Shown here: positions 27,286 through 36,107 of the stretch, piece after piece
Layout: each line of letters starts with the position of its first letter
Position numbering within the stretch: position 1 is the stretch's first letter
From: Acidobacteriota bacterium
GTDB lineage: Bacteria > Acidobacteriota > Thermoanaerobaculia > Gp7-AA8
Length of the DNA stretch: 39,754 bases
Assembly: GCA_003222375.1 (NCBI GenBank)
Contig: QHVX01000009.1
Location: 1 to 39,754 of the forward strand
Direction of reading: 5' to 3'
Notes under the pieces: model-generated
Databases searched by the model: none
What the model saw: the letters and a program-made list of their open reading frames with translations, nothing else
What the model was told of the DNA's origin: nothing
Made by a program: the position numbers and the translations under genes

Positions 27286-27675
27286 TCTTCGATCGCGCCG
27301 TCGACCGTCATCGTGCCCTTGCCGGTGGAAGGGGCGAGCTGCTTCTCGGCATCTTCAATGACGTCGATGCCGAGGTCGGTGAAACGGATGTAGATCTCGT
27401 CGAGCTCCTCGGGAAGGCTTGTGACTTCCTCTGGGAGAATTTCGTAGATCTCGTCGTAGAGAAGGAATCCTTTTTCCTTCCCCAGAGCGATGAGCTGCTT
27501 GACCTCGACGTATTTTTCTTCGACGCTCAACTCACCGACCCCTTCCTCAACATCCGTGGATTCCTGTTCGAGATTCGCACCGCGCAGGCGTGTCGTCATC
27601 TCTTCAGTCGCTCCTCATCGCTCTGCAGTTTTGCCTCTTCGCAAGGACACTCGCGTAATCGCAAGAGGACGATAA

Positions 27676-29412
27676 TTATTTCAGTGTGCTCAACATACGG
27701 GACAGTTCGAGCTTCTCGGTATCGAGCTGCCGTTCACGACTGTGGTCGCCGTTGCGCACCGCTTCCTCAATGTCTTGTTGAATTTCCCGTTTCCGCCGCT
27801 CGATGTACGCCTTCTGCATCGGGATGAGGACCTCGTCCAGACGCCCCAGTGCTACGTCTTCGAGGTCTTCCGTGAGCGTTACTTCCGAGAGCAGGGTCAG
27901 CTCGGCCTCGCCCTTAAGATGGGTCGCGATTTCCGAATAATCAATAGGTTGACCAGCGGAAATCGCACTTTTTGTGATAGAAAACAGGGTTCTGCAAGCG
28001 GGATCGCTGAAAAAACCCTCCTTGATCCCCTCAACCTTGTCCCGACCCAGGCGCCCTTGAACCAGTGCAGTCAGCACGAACTTCTCGCCGCTGGGGACAG
28101 CCCTGACAACCTGCCGCTCAACCGGGCCTGCCGCTTTTCCCCGCACTTTTGACCAGACCGTCTCGAATTCGAGGTGGAAGCCGTCAGCGATTCGTTGCGC
28201 CGCGTCGTTGCGAACGACGGGATCGACAACCGCGCTCAGCAGCGGCATGAACGCCTCGACGCGGTCGGCCTTCTCGCGGCCGGTCAACGTCTTGACGTTG
28301 GAGGCCCACTCTTTGAGCGCAAAGTCGAAGATGTCAGTCGCATTGCCAAGCAGTTCGAGGAACCGGTCGACTCCCTGGTTCTGAATCAGCGTGTCGGGGT
28401 CTTTTTCACCTTGTAAATCCAGCGCGGAGACAGTCAGCCCGGCCGCCAGCAGGACAGGGGCGGCGCGGAGGGTGGCGCTCTTGCCGGCGTCGTCGCCGTC
28501 GTACGCGATCACAACCTTCGTGGTGTAACGGCGCAGCAGCGAAGCCTGACCCGATGTCAGCGATGTGCCCATCGACGCCACGACACCTGGAACGCCGGCG
28601 TGATCGAGCGCGATGGAATCGAAATAGCCCTCGACGAGAATCGCGCGATCGATGCGGCGCATCGCATCTTTCGATCGATGCAGGTTGTACAGCAACCGCG
28701 ATTTATTGAAGAGATCCGACTCCGGCGAGTTGAGATATTTCGGATCGGTGCCGTCGAGCGAACGTCCGCCGAATCCGACCAGCGCGCCCGTCTCTCTGTG
28801 AATCGGAATCATCAGGCGATTGCGAAACCGATCGTAGTAGCCGGTCCCGCTCTTGCGCGGCATCACCAGACCCGCGAGCTCGAGCGTCTTCTCGCCATGT
28901 TTGCGAGCGAGGCGAGTGAGGACGTAGTCCCACGAGTCGGGCGCATATCCGAAGCCGTATTTTTTGATGATGTCTTCGCCGACTTTGCGGTCGTCGAGAT
29001 ATTTCCGCGCCGGATTGTCGGGAAATCCGAGGGCCTGGTGAAAAGCTTCGGAGGCTTCGTCGACGACTTCGAGCAGGTCGTCTTTGTCGCTTTCCCTGGT
29101 CGTCTTGCGGCGACGGGGAAGCTCGATGCCGACGCGCGAGGCCACGTGCTCGACCGCCTCCGGAAACGTGAATCGCTCGGTGAGCGCGAGGAACTTGAAA
29201 ACATCGCCGCCCGTGCCGCAGCCGAAGCAGTAGAAAAGCCCTTTGTCGCGATCGACATGGAATGACGGCGTCTTCTCGCGATGAAATGGGCAGAGACCCT
29301 TGTAGCTCTTGCCGGCGAGCTTGAGAGGAGTGACCTGCGAAACGAAGTCGACGATGTCGGCTGCGCTCCGCACCTGCGCGATCACCGAGTCATTGAGATC
29401 GACAAACGCCAT
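27676..29412 (-). CDS. dnaG: DNA primase
   Basis: 578-aa ORF. It has the zinc-finger CPFHREKTPSFHV...YCFGCGTGGDVFKF and the TOPRIM motif ILVEGYFDSIAL. Its ATG overlaps the mutS2 stop in a TAATG arrangement. Confidence 0.9.
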   Translation of the reverse strand: MAFVDLNDSVIAQVRSAADIVDFVSQVTPLKLAGKSYKGLCPFHREKTPSFHVDRDKGLFYCFGCGTGGDVFKFLALTERFTFPEAVEHVASRVGIELPRRRKTTRESDKDDLLEVVDEASEAFHQALGFPDNPARKYLDDRKVGEDIIKKYGFGYAPDSWDYVLTRLARKHGEKTLELAGLVMPRKSGTGYYDRFRNRLMIPIHRETGALVGFGGRSLDGTDPKYLNSPESDLFNKSRLLYNLHRSKDAMRRIDRAILVEGYFDSIALDHAGVPGVVASMGTSLTSGQASLLRRYTTKVVIAYDGDDAGKSATLRAAPVLLAAGLTVSALDLQGEKDPDTLIQNQGVDRFLELLGNATDIFDFALKEWASNVKTLTGREKADRVEAFMPLLSAVVDPVVRNDAAQRIADGFHLEFETVWSKVRGKAAGPVERQVVRAVPSGEKFVLTALVQGRLGRDKVEGIKEGFFSDPACRTLFSITKSAISAGQPIDYSEIATHLKGEAELTLLSEVTLTEDLEDVALGRLDEVLIPMQKAYIERRKREIQQDIEEAVRNGDHSRERQLDTEKLELSRMLSTLK

Positions 29413-31721
29413 TATTCCTCGAGCACGGCGACAGTAGCACCATCTCCTCCCTCGTTCTCATTGCCGGGACGCCACGATTTCACGGCCGGATGCTTGCGCA
29501 GATGCTCGCGCACGGCCTTGCGGAGCGCGCCGGTCCCGAAGCCGTGAATGATGCGCACAGCCTGCTTGCCTTCGAGCAAAGCGCGGTCGAGAAACTTGTC
29601 CGACGCTTCTAACGCGTCGTCGACTCGCTGGCCGATCAGATTGAGCTCTGCCGTCTCAGGGATGAGGGATGGGGGATGAGGGATGAATGATTTGTGAGAA
29701 GGCTTCATCCCTCCGCCCTCATCCCTCAGCCCTAAGAGCTCTTTACGATCGACAGTCATCCTCTTACCCGAAACGTTCAATACCGCCTTCGTCCCGTCAA
29801 TCGACTCCACCACGCCGCGCACCTTGAACTTGCGATGCTCCGCCTGATGTCCCACCCGAACCTCCCGCCGCTCTTCGGGCAGAAACTCGATTGCCTGATC
29901 GATCGGCTTCGTGAGCGTCGTGACGACCTGTCGCATATTCGCGTTCGCGCGCAGATTCTTGATCTCGTTCGAGACCTGACGCGAGACATCGTCGCGCAGG
30001 CGCTCCAGCTCTTCGCGAAACGCCGATCCGACGCGCGCGCGTTCGCTGTCGAATTTCTTACGACTGGCCTCCAGCGCTTGCCGCTCTTCTTCGGCTGCTG
30101 CCTGCCGCCTTTCGAGTTCCGCGCTTTGCTCTACAACGCTGCTCATTTTGTTCTGCAGCATGCCGACGAGTTGATCGACCTCGACATAGCGAGGTCCGAG
30201 TCGCTCGCGAGCGCGGTCGATGATGGGGGAGGGAAGACCGATCACCTGCGCCACTTCGATGGCGCGGCTGCGACCGGGAATGCCGACGATCAGGCGGTAG
30301 GTCGACTTGCCGGTCGCGGTGTCGAACTCCATCGACGCGTTGACGACGCGCGAGTCGTTCATCGCGAAGCTCTTCACCGACGAAAGATGCGTCGTGACGA
30401 TCAACAATGCGCCGCGCTCGAGGAAATACTCGATCACCGCGGCTGCCAACGCAGCACCTTCTTCCGGATCGGTTCCCGCTCCAAGCTCGTCGAGGAGGAC
30501 CAGCGATCGCTCCGTAGCCGCCGAGATCACGCGCTTCAACCGCACGAGGTACGCCGAAAAAGTCGAGAGATGTTCGGTAACGCTCTGATCGTCGCCGACG
30601 AGGACGTGAATCGCGTCGACGATCGGAATCATCGAGCCATCGGCAGCGGGAAGTGGGAGGCCGCTCATCGCCATCGCGACGAGAAGCCCGGTCGTCTTGA
30701 GCGCAACGGTTTTGCCGCCGGCGTTCGGTCCGCTGATGATCAGGGCGCTCGTCGCGGCGCGCAGCTCGACCGTGACCGGAACAACAGGTTGATCGGTTTC
30801 CTGCACGCGTTCATCGAGCAGCGGATGGCGCGCGTCGATCAGGTGCAGACGTCGATCGTTGTTGAATGACGGCCGGCTGGCGCCGACGGTGTCGGCGAAG
30901 ATCGCGCAGGCCTGCAGCGCATCGAGCTCGCCGGCAACGTGAATCGCGGCGCGAATGTCATCGGCGGCCTCGGCGATCAATTGCGAAATGAAGCGCAGGA
31001 TGCGCGCGATCTCTTCGCGTTCCTGCAGCAAGAGATCGGCGAGGTCGTTGTTCAACTCGATGGCCTGCATCGGCTCGATGAACACCGACGCGCCGGACCC
31101 GCTGCGCTCGTGCAGGATTCCGGGGATCGCGTTGCGATGATCGGTGCGCACCGGGATGCAGTAGCGATCGCCTCGCATGACGATCAGCGGCTCCTGGATT
31201 GCCTCGCCATGTTTGTTCATGACGTCGTGGAGGACGCGTTGGACGGCGTTGCGCTTTTCCGGCACGCGTTTGCGGATCGCGCGAAGCTCGGCGGATGCAT
31301 CCTCGCGAAGCTTGCCCTCGCGGGTGAAAAACTTGTTCAGCTTTCCGACCAGCTCATCGAGCTCCGGAATTGCGCTCGCGATCGCCGCGAGCCGCAAGAA
31401 GCCTTCGGTTCGCGTGCACGTCTCGCGCAGGGCTTGCGTCGCGCGGACCGCGCGAAAGACTTGCCACGACTCCTCGAGCTCCAGCACCGAATCGCGGGCC
31501 AGCAGCGCACGGACATCCGTCAAGCCGGCGAGCGGCATCAGCCCTTGCGTATGAACGAAACGCCGCATGTCGGCGAGATCGGCCTGCGCGTTTTCGCAGG
31601 CCGTGAGCGTCGGCAGGGGATGGCGCCTCGCGACGGCATCCTTGCCGGGGGCGCTTTTCGCCTCCATGGCGACGAGCGTCAGGATGCGATCGAATTCGAT
31701 TTCGTGGAGTGGTGATTTCAC
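29412..31721 (-). CDS. mutS2: endonuclease MutS2 (MutS domain V ATPase plus C-terminal Smr)
   Basis: It has the Walker A motif ISGPNAGGKTVALKT and the C-terminal Smr motif VRIIHGFGTGALRKAVREHL. I prefer GTG 31721 (VKSPLHEIEFDRIL) as the start. The longer track ORF reads through the octamer palindrome. Confidence 0.85.
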   Translation of the reverse strand: MKSPLHEIEFDRILTLVAMEAKSAPGKDAVARRHPLPTLTACENAQADLADMRRFVHTQGLMPLAGLTDVRALLARDSVLELEESWQVFRAVRATQALRETCTRTEGFLRLAAIASAIPELDELVGKLNKFFTREGKLREDASAELRAIRKRVPEKRNAVQRVLHDVMNKHGEAIQEPLIVMRGDRYCIPVRTDHRNAIPGILHERSGSGASVFIEPMQAIELNNDLADLLLQEREEIARILRFISQLIAEAADDIRAAIHVAGELDALQACAIFADTVGASRPSFNNDRRLHLIDARHPLLDERVQETDQPVVPVTVELRAATSALIISGPNAGGKTVALKTTGLLVAMAMSGLPLPAADGSMIPIVDAIHVLVGDDQSVTEHLSTFSAYLVRLKRVISAATERSLVLLDELGAGTDPEEGAALAAAVIEYFLERGALLIVTTHLSSVKSFAMNDSRVVNASMEFDTATGKSTYRLIVGIPGRSRAIEVAQVIGLPSPIIDRARERLGPRYVEVDQLVGMLQNKMSSVVEQSAELERRQAAAEEERQALEASRKKFDSERARVGSAFREELERLRDDVSRQVSNEIKNLRANANMRQVVTTLTKPIDQAIEFLPEERREVRVGHQAEHRKFKVRGVVESIDGTKAVLNVSGKRMTVDRKELLGLRDEGGGMKPSHKSFIPHPPSLIPETAELNLIGQRVDDALEASDKFLDRALLEGKQAVRIIHGFGTGALRKAVREHLRKHPAVKSWRPGNENEGGDGATVAVLEE
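29655..29732. repeat. GGGATGA-heptamer palindrome embedded in frame in mutS2
   Basis: AGGGATGAGGG (29658-29668) pairs with CCCTCATCCCT (29717-29727). GGGATGAA (29680-29687) pairs with TTCATCCC (29704-29711). The element is translated as ...GGGMKPSHKSFIPHPPSLIPE... just before the Smr domain. Confidence 0.55.
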
Positions 31722-31722
31722 A

Positions 31723-31785
31723 GGTTGTCGCGTTGTCGGGTTGTCGGGTTGTCGACAACCTGAGAACTCGACAACCTGACAACCC
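31723..31785. repeat. GGTTGTCG-octamer tandem array with an inverted copy (palindrome centred on GTCGAC)
   Basis: Read directly: ggttgtcg cgttgtcg ggttgtcg ggttgtcg | acaacc tgagaactcg acaacc tg acaaccc. It lies between the rpsU terminator and the mutS2 start. Confidence 0.7.
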
Positions 31786-31788
31786 AAC

Positions 31789-31817
31789 AAAAAAGGACCC
31801 GCCTTGTCGGCGAGTCC
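31789..31817 (-). terminator. intrinsic terminator downstream of rpsU
   Basis: On the minus strand, GGACTCGCC-GACAA-GGCGGGTCC is followed by TTTTTTG. It lies 25 nt after the rpsU stop. Confidence 0.7.
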
Positions 31818-31841
31818 TCGTGAGTTCAGTTCGATTTCAAC

Positions 31842-32048
31842 TCAGTAACCAGCGCGGCGCTCTTCTGCGAGTTTGCGCAGCACCTTCTTGCGTGCGGCAA
31901 TCGCTTTTCTTTTGCGTTTTGTGCTCGGCTTTTCGTAATGCTGCCGCTTCTTCAGCTCGGAAAGGATCCCCGACTTCTCGCATTTCCGCTTGAACCGGCG
32001 GAGCGCGTTCTCGAACGTCTCATCTTCTTTGACGTGGACGAGAGGCAT
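31842..32048 (-). CDS. rpsU: 30S ribosomal protein S21
   Basis: From ATG 32048 the translation reads [50 protein letters not shown]-rich Shine-Dalgarno sequence lies upstream. Confidence 0.9.
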   Translation of the reverse strand: MPLVHVKEDETFENALRRFKRKCEKSGILSELKKRQHYEKPSTKRKRKAIAARKKVLRKLAEERRAGY

Positions 32049-32197
32049 CCTTTTTCTCCCCCCCTTCTTCTGGCGATTCGGACCCACCGCGGGTCAAATC
32101 ATTCTAGGGACCGCTAACAAACCGGTCAACGTTCGTTTCAACGGGCGGTCAGGTCAAATCCATTCCGGTTAGAATGCGGGCGTTCTTGGAGGACCTG

Positions 32198-34297
32198 ATG
32201 AAAAGAAACGCTATCGCGCTGTTGCTGCTCATCTTAGCGGCCTGCACCACCACGACGACCACCACGACCACCGCGCCGCCAGCGCAACCGACCAAGGTCG
32301 CCGTGCCGGTCACCGAGGCCAATGCGGTGACGGAAACAATACAAGGGGTAGAAATTAGGGATCCGTATCGCTGGCTCGAGGAACAGGAGAGTCCCGCGAC
32401 CCGCGAGTGGATCAACCGGGAGAACGCTTACACCGATGCGATGCTGGCGCAGCTCCCCGACAAGGCGCGATTTGCCCAGCGGATCGAGTCGCTCGTCAAC
32501 ACCGATCAGATGAGCTTTCCGATCGTGCGCGGCGGCAGATATTTCTTCACCAAGCGGCCGGCCGGTCAGGATCTCTTCTCGATCCACATGCGCGAGAGCG
32601 CGACCGGTCCCGACATTCTTCTCATCGACCCCGCCCCGATGAGTCCCAAGCACACCACGAACGTCGGGATCAACGACGTGAGCGATGACGGCAAGACGAT
32701 GACGTATTTCGTGCGCCAGGGCGGCGCAGATGAGATCGAAGTTCACTTCTACGACATCGACGGCCGCCACGACATCGGCGTGCCGCTCAATGTCGCGCGC
32801 TACTTCGGCATCTCGCTGACACCCGATGGACGCACCGCGTATTTCACGCGCTACACGTCAAAGGAACAGCATGTGTTCCGCCGGCCTGTCGGCGGCGGCG
32901 ATGAACAGTCGCTATTCGGCGAGGGCTACGGCCCCGACAAAATCGTCGGCTCGGGGATTTCCGACGACGGCCGCTATCTGCTCATCCAGGTCTCCTACGG
33001 CTCGGCAGCGAAGAAGACGGAGCATTACGTCAAAGATCTGACCACTGACGGCCCGATTCGCACGGTCGTGAACGACCTCGACGCTCGATCGAGTATCGAC
33101 GCCGCCGGCGACAAGCTGATCATCCAGACGAACTGGAACGCGCCGAATGAACGCATCATGATCGCCGACGTCGCCAATCCCGAGCGCGCGAATTGGAAAG
33201 AGCTCGTGCCCGAGAACAAGAACGCCGCGCTGCAATCGGTTGCGTTGGCGGGCGGGCGCATTTACGCGAACTACCTCGAGAACGTGAAGCCACGCGTGAT
33301 CGGCTACACGATCGATGGGCGTCCGCAGGAGGAGATCAAGTTCGACACCATCGGCAACGTCAGCAACATTATCGGCCAGTGGACGTCGCCGATCGCCTTC
33401 TACCGATTCACTTCATTCGCGACTCCGCCGACGACCTACGCCTATGACGTTGCATCGCGCACAAGCACACAGTTCTTCCGGCAGAGCGCGCCCGTGAATT
33501 CCGCCGACTTCAACGTCGAGCAGCTTTGGTACACGTCCAGGGACGGCACGCGCATTCCGATGTTCGTGATGTACAAAAAAGGACTGCAGCGCAACGGAAA
33601 CAATCCGACCCTGCTGACCGGCTACGGCGGATTCGTTCTCAGCTCCCTGCCGAACTTTTCAGCAACTGCTGTCACGTGGGCCGAGAACGGCGGCGTCTAC
33701 GCGCTTGCCAATCTCCGCGGCGGCGGCGAATTTGGCGAGGAATGGCATAAGGCCGGGATGCTCGCGAACAAGCAGAATGTCTTCGATGACTTCGCCAGCG
33801 CCGCGCAATACCTCATCGATCAACACTACACGTCCCCGCAACATCTGGGCATCCAGGGCGGCAGCAATGGCGGTTTGTTAGTCACGGCATTGCTGACGCA
33901 GCGGCCGGATCTCGTAAAAGCGGTCGTGTGCAGCTATCCGCTCATCGACATGATCCGTTACCACCGCTTCCTGGTCGCGCGTTTCTGGGTGCCGGAATAT
34001 GGATCGAGCGAAGATCCGGAGCAATTCAAGTGGATCTACGCCTACTCGCCCTATCAGCATGTCGTGAAGGGGAAGAGTTATCCGGCGGTGCTGTTCATCA
34101 GCGGCGATTCGGACACGCGCGTCGCGCCGCTGCACGCCCGCAAGATGACGGCGATGATGCAGGCGAACACCGGCTCGAGGAATCCGGTGCTGCTGCGCTA
34201 CCACGTCTCGAGCGGTCACTCCGGCGGCGAGCCGCTGAAAGAGCAGGTCAATAATCAGGCGGAGAGCCTGGCATTCCTGATGTGGCAGACGCGCTGA
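32198..34297 (+). CDS. prolyl oligopeptidase (S9A family), lipoprotein with a poly-Thr linker
   Basis: ATG 32198 is preceded by GGAGGA. It has the lipobox LLILAAC followed by T9, then DPYRWLEE, the catalytic-Ser motif GGSNGGLL, and D and H further downstream. Confidence 0.9.
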   Translation: MKRNAIALLLLILAACTTTTTTTTTAPPAQPTKVAVPVTEANAVTETIQGVEIRDPYRWLEEQESPATREWINRENAYTDAMLAQLPDKARFAQRIESLVNTDQMSFPIVRGGRYFFTKRPAGQDLFSIHMRESATGPDILLIDPAPMSPKHTTNVGINDVSDDGKTMTYFVRQGGADEIEVHFYDIDGRHDIGVPLNVARYFGISLTPDGRTAYFTRYTSKEQHVFRRPVGGGDEQSLFGEGYGPDKIVGSGISDDGRYLLIQVSYGSAAKKTEHYVKDLTTDGPIRTVVNDLDARSSIDAAGDKLIIQTNWNAPNERIMIADVANPERANWKELVPENKNAALQSVALAGGRIYANYLENVKPRVIGYTIDGRPQEEIKFDTIGNVSNIIGQWTSPIAFYRFTSFATPPTTYAYDVASRTSTQFFRQSAPVNSADFNVEQLWYTSRDGTRIPMFVMYKKGLQRNGNNPTLLTGYGGFVLSSLPNFSATAVTWAENGGVYALANLRGGGEFGEEWHKAGMLANKQNVFDDFASAAQYLIDQHYTSPQHLGIQGGSNGGLLVTALLTQRPDLVKAVVCSYPLIDMIRYHRFLVARFWVPEYGSSEDPEQFKWIYAYSPYQHVVKGKSYPAVLFISGDSDTRVAPLHARKMTAMMQANTGSRNPVLLRYHVSSGHSGGEPLKEQVNNQAESLAFLMWQTR

Positions 34298-35152
34298 CTA
34301 CTTATGCGTTGAGTTCCAGCTCTCCTTCGATACTTTCCACTTCCCGCCTTCGCGAACCATCGTGACGGTTCCGGTGGCGGGATCTCCGTCGCTCGAGCCG
34401 GTTGCGGTCAGCGTGGCCGTGTCGCCGTCGACCGCTCCGCCGGTGACCTTGATGTTTTTCGGCTCCATCATCTGCATCAGCGGAAAGAGCTTCTTGAAGT
34501 CGGGGTCGTCGTTCATCTGCTTCGCGCGCTCGGCGGTTACACCGCCCAGGACTGCCGGCATGTTTCCCTTCTGGACATTCTGCACGAACGCCAGATAGCT
34601 TTTCCCGATGTCGCCACCGCCCGCCGGAACAGGGGTGCCCTTGAGTTTCGCCGGAGCTTCGGCTTTTGGCGCCTTCACGACAGCGTCGAACGTCGCGGAG
34701 TAAGAGAACTTCACATCTTTGAATGACGATTCGTGCGACGATGCGAGTTTTCCGGCGGCTTCGTTTTTCGTGAGCTTCGTCGGCTCGAACTCGTGCATGC
34801 CGACGGCCGAGAAACTGTTGCCTTGAAAGTGGAAGTCGGGACTGTAAAGCATGCCGCTGATGATCTTTTTTTCCGGCGTGATCTCGACTTCGACGCCGGT
34901 CAGCTTGCCGCTGTCGGAGAGGTCCATCATTTTTCCGATGTTCGAGAACTCTTCGACCGTGACCGGGATATTGCTGAGGAGCACCACAATGTCCGTTTTT
35001 TTCTTGTCGAAGCCGTTCTCGGTCGTCTTTGCAACCGCATAGCGCAGTTGTGTCTTTTTTCCGCCGACGGTCATCGTGCCGCTGGCAGTTCCTGGATCGG
35101 TCGCGTATGCGACGCCGGCAGACAACAAGAGCGCAGCAAGAACTTTGATCAT
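34298..35152 (-). CDS. hypothetical secreted protein
   Basis: The start is ATG 35152 (MIKVLAALLLSAGVAYA, signal peptide). The C-terminus (REGGKWKVSKE) resembles small SnoaL/DUF4878-like folds. I make no firm family call. Confidence 0.6.
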   Translation of the reverse strand: MIKVLAALLLSAGVAYATDPGTASGTMTVGGKKTQLRYAVAKTTENGFDKKKTDIVVLLSNIPVTVEEFSNIGKMMDLSDSGKLTGVEVEITPEKKIISGMLYSPDFHFQGNSFSAVGMHEFEPTKLTKNEAAGKLASSHESSFKDVKFSYSATFDAVVKAPKAEAPAKLKGTPVPAGGGDIGKSYLAFVQNVQKGNMPAVLGGVTAERAKQMNDDPDFKKLFPLMQMMEPKNIKVTGGAVDGDTATLTATGSSDGDPATGTVTMVREGGKWKVSKESWNSTHK

Positions 35153-35215
35153 TTTGGACCCCCAGACGGCGAAGCATACACGGTTCGCGGCCACCGCGAG
35201 ATTGCGAGACCGCCG

Positions 35216-35833
35216 TTACGCTAACAGATGCTCCACCCGCGCGATGATCGCGTCGAGCGCGACGCGATTCTCGCCGCCTTCCGGGATGATCAGATCGGCG
35301 TAGCGCTTCGACGGTTCCACGAATTCTTCGTGCATCGGACGAACGGTGGTCATGTATTGCTGCACGACCGATTCGAGCGTGCGGCCGCGCGACTGAATGT
35401 CGCGCACGAGCCGTCACATGAATCGGATGTCGGCCGGAGTGTCGACGAACAGTTTGATGTCGATGCGCTTTCGCAGCTCCGGTTCGGCGAGGACCAGGAT
35501 GCCCTCCACGATGATGACGCGCCGCGGCTCGACATGCTGCGTCTCCTGACGTCTCGCGTGCGCCGCAAAGTCGTAAGTCGGGACGTCGACCGACGAACCC
35601 TTCGCGAGGACGTCGAGATGCCGGGTGAGAAGCTCGGTCTCCAGCGAATCGGGATGATCGAAATTGATCTTGTGCCGCTCCTCCGTCGAGAGTCCGTCGA
35701 AGTTGCGGTAGTACGAGTCGTGCGAGATCCACTCGATCCGGTCGCGGCCGACGCGGTCGTAAATCGCGCGCGCGACAGTTGTCTTACCCGATCCCGTTCC
35801 GCCGGCGATGCCGATGATCACGGGAGCCTGCAT
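35216..35833 (-). pseudogene. udk: uridine kinase interrupted by an in-frame TGA
   Basis: It has the P-loop IGIAGGTGSGKTT. The translation reads ...[35 protein letters not shown]...IIPEGGEN. The TGA (35414-35416) occupies the first Arg of the conserved MRR(I/L)xRD motif. Both halves are in the same frame. Confidence 0.8.
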
Positions 35834-35845
35834 GGAAGGCGTGGA

Positions 35846-36013
35846 CTACGACTGCTCTTCTTCCAGCTCCGACTCGGTCACGAAGTCAGCCGGATCATCC
35901 GTGCCGCAGGTCTGGCACATGATGCTGATGAGTTTGTCCTTGTCCTGGTCGTACTCGAATTGATAGGAAGGGGTTTCGCACTGCAAGCAGATGTAGTACT
36001 CCGGCTCGCTCAT
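35846..36013 (-). CDS. small zinc-ribbon protein (55 aa, CxxC...CxxC, acidic tail)
   Basis: From ATG 36013 the translation reads MSEPEYYICLQCETPSYQFEYDQDKDKLISIMCQTCGTDDPADF. It ends 12 nt before the udk start. Confidence 0.55.
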   Translation of the reverse strand: MSEPEYYICLQCETPSYQFEYDQDKDKLISIMCQTCGTDDPADFVTESELEEEQS

Positions 36014-36036
36014 GGCCGGATAAGGATAAACCAAGT

Positions 36037-36107
36037 CAGAAGGCAGAAGGCAGCAGGCAGAAGGCTGCCTTACTTCTCCTTCTGCCTCCTGCCTCCTGCC
36101 TCCTGCC
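36037..36107. repeat. GGCAGAA/GGCAGCA heptamer array with an inverted TCCTGCC array (hairpin)
   Basis: The left arm (36037-36064) pairs with the right arm (36078-36107), with one mismatch per heptamer outside a perfect 9-bp core. The right arm encodes the last ~12 codons of the 264-aa ORF. The TAA stop lies in the loop. Confidence 0.6.

Noticed and set aside
32234-32262. The poly-Thr (T9) tract of the prolyl oligopeptidase considered as a slippage-prone simple-sequence contingency locus.
   Set aside because: The tract is encoded by mixed ACC/ACG codons and is not a perfect repeat. It sits in the lipoprotein linker, where low-complexity spacers are common.
35414-35416. The TGA in udk considered as selenocysteine or as a reassigned codon.
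   Set aside because: The position aligns with a conserved Arg, not a Cys/Sec site. I see no SECIS-like hairpin immediately downstream. TGA terminates several well-defined genes in the same window.
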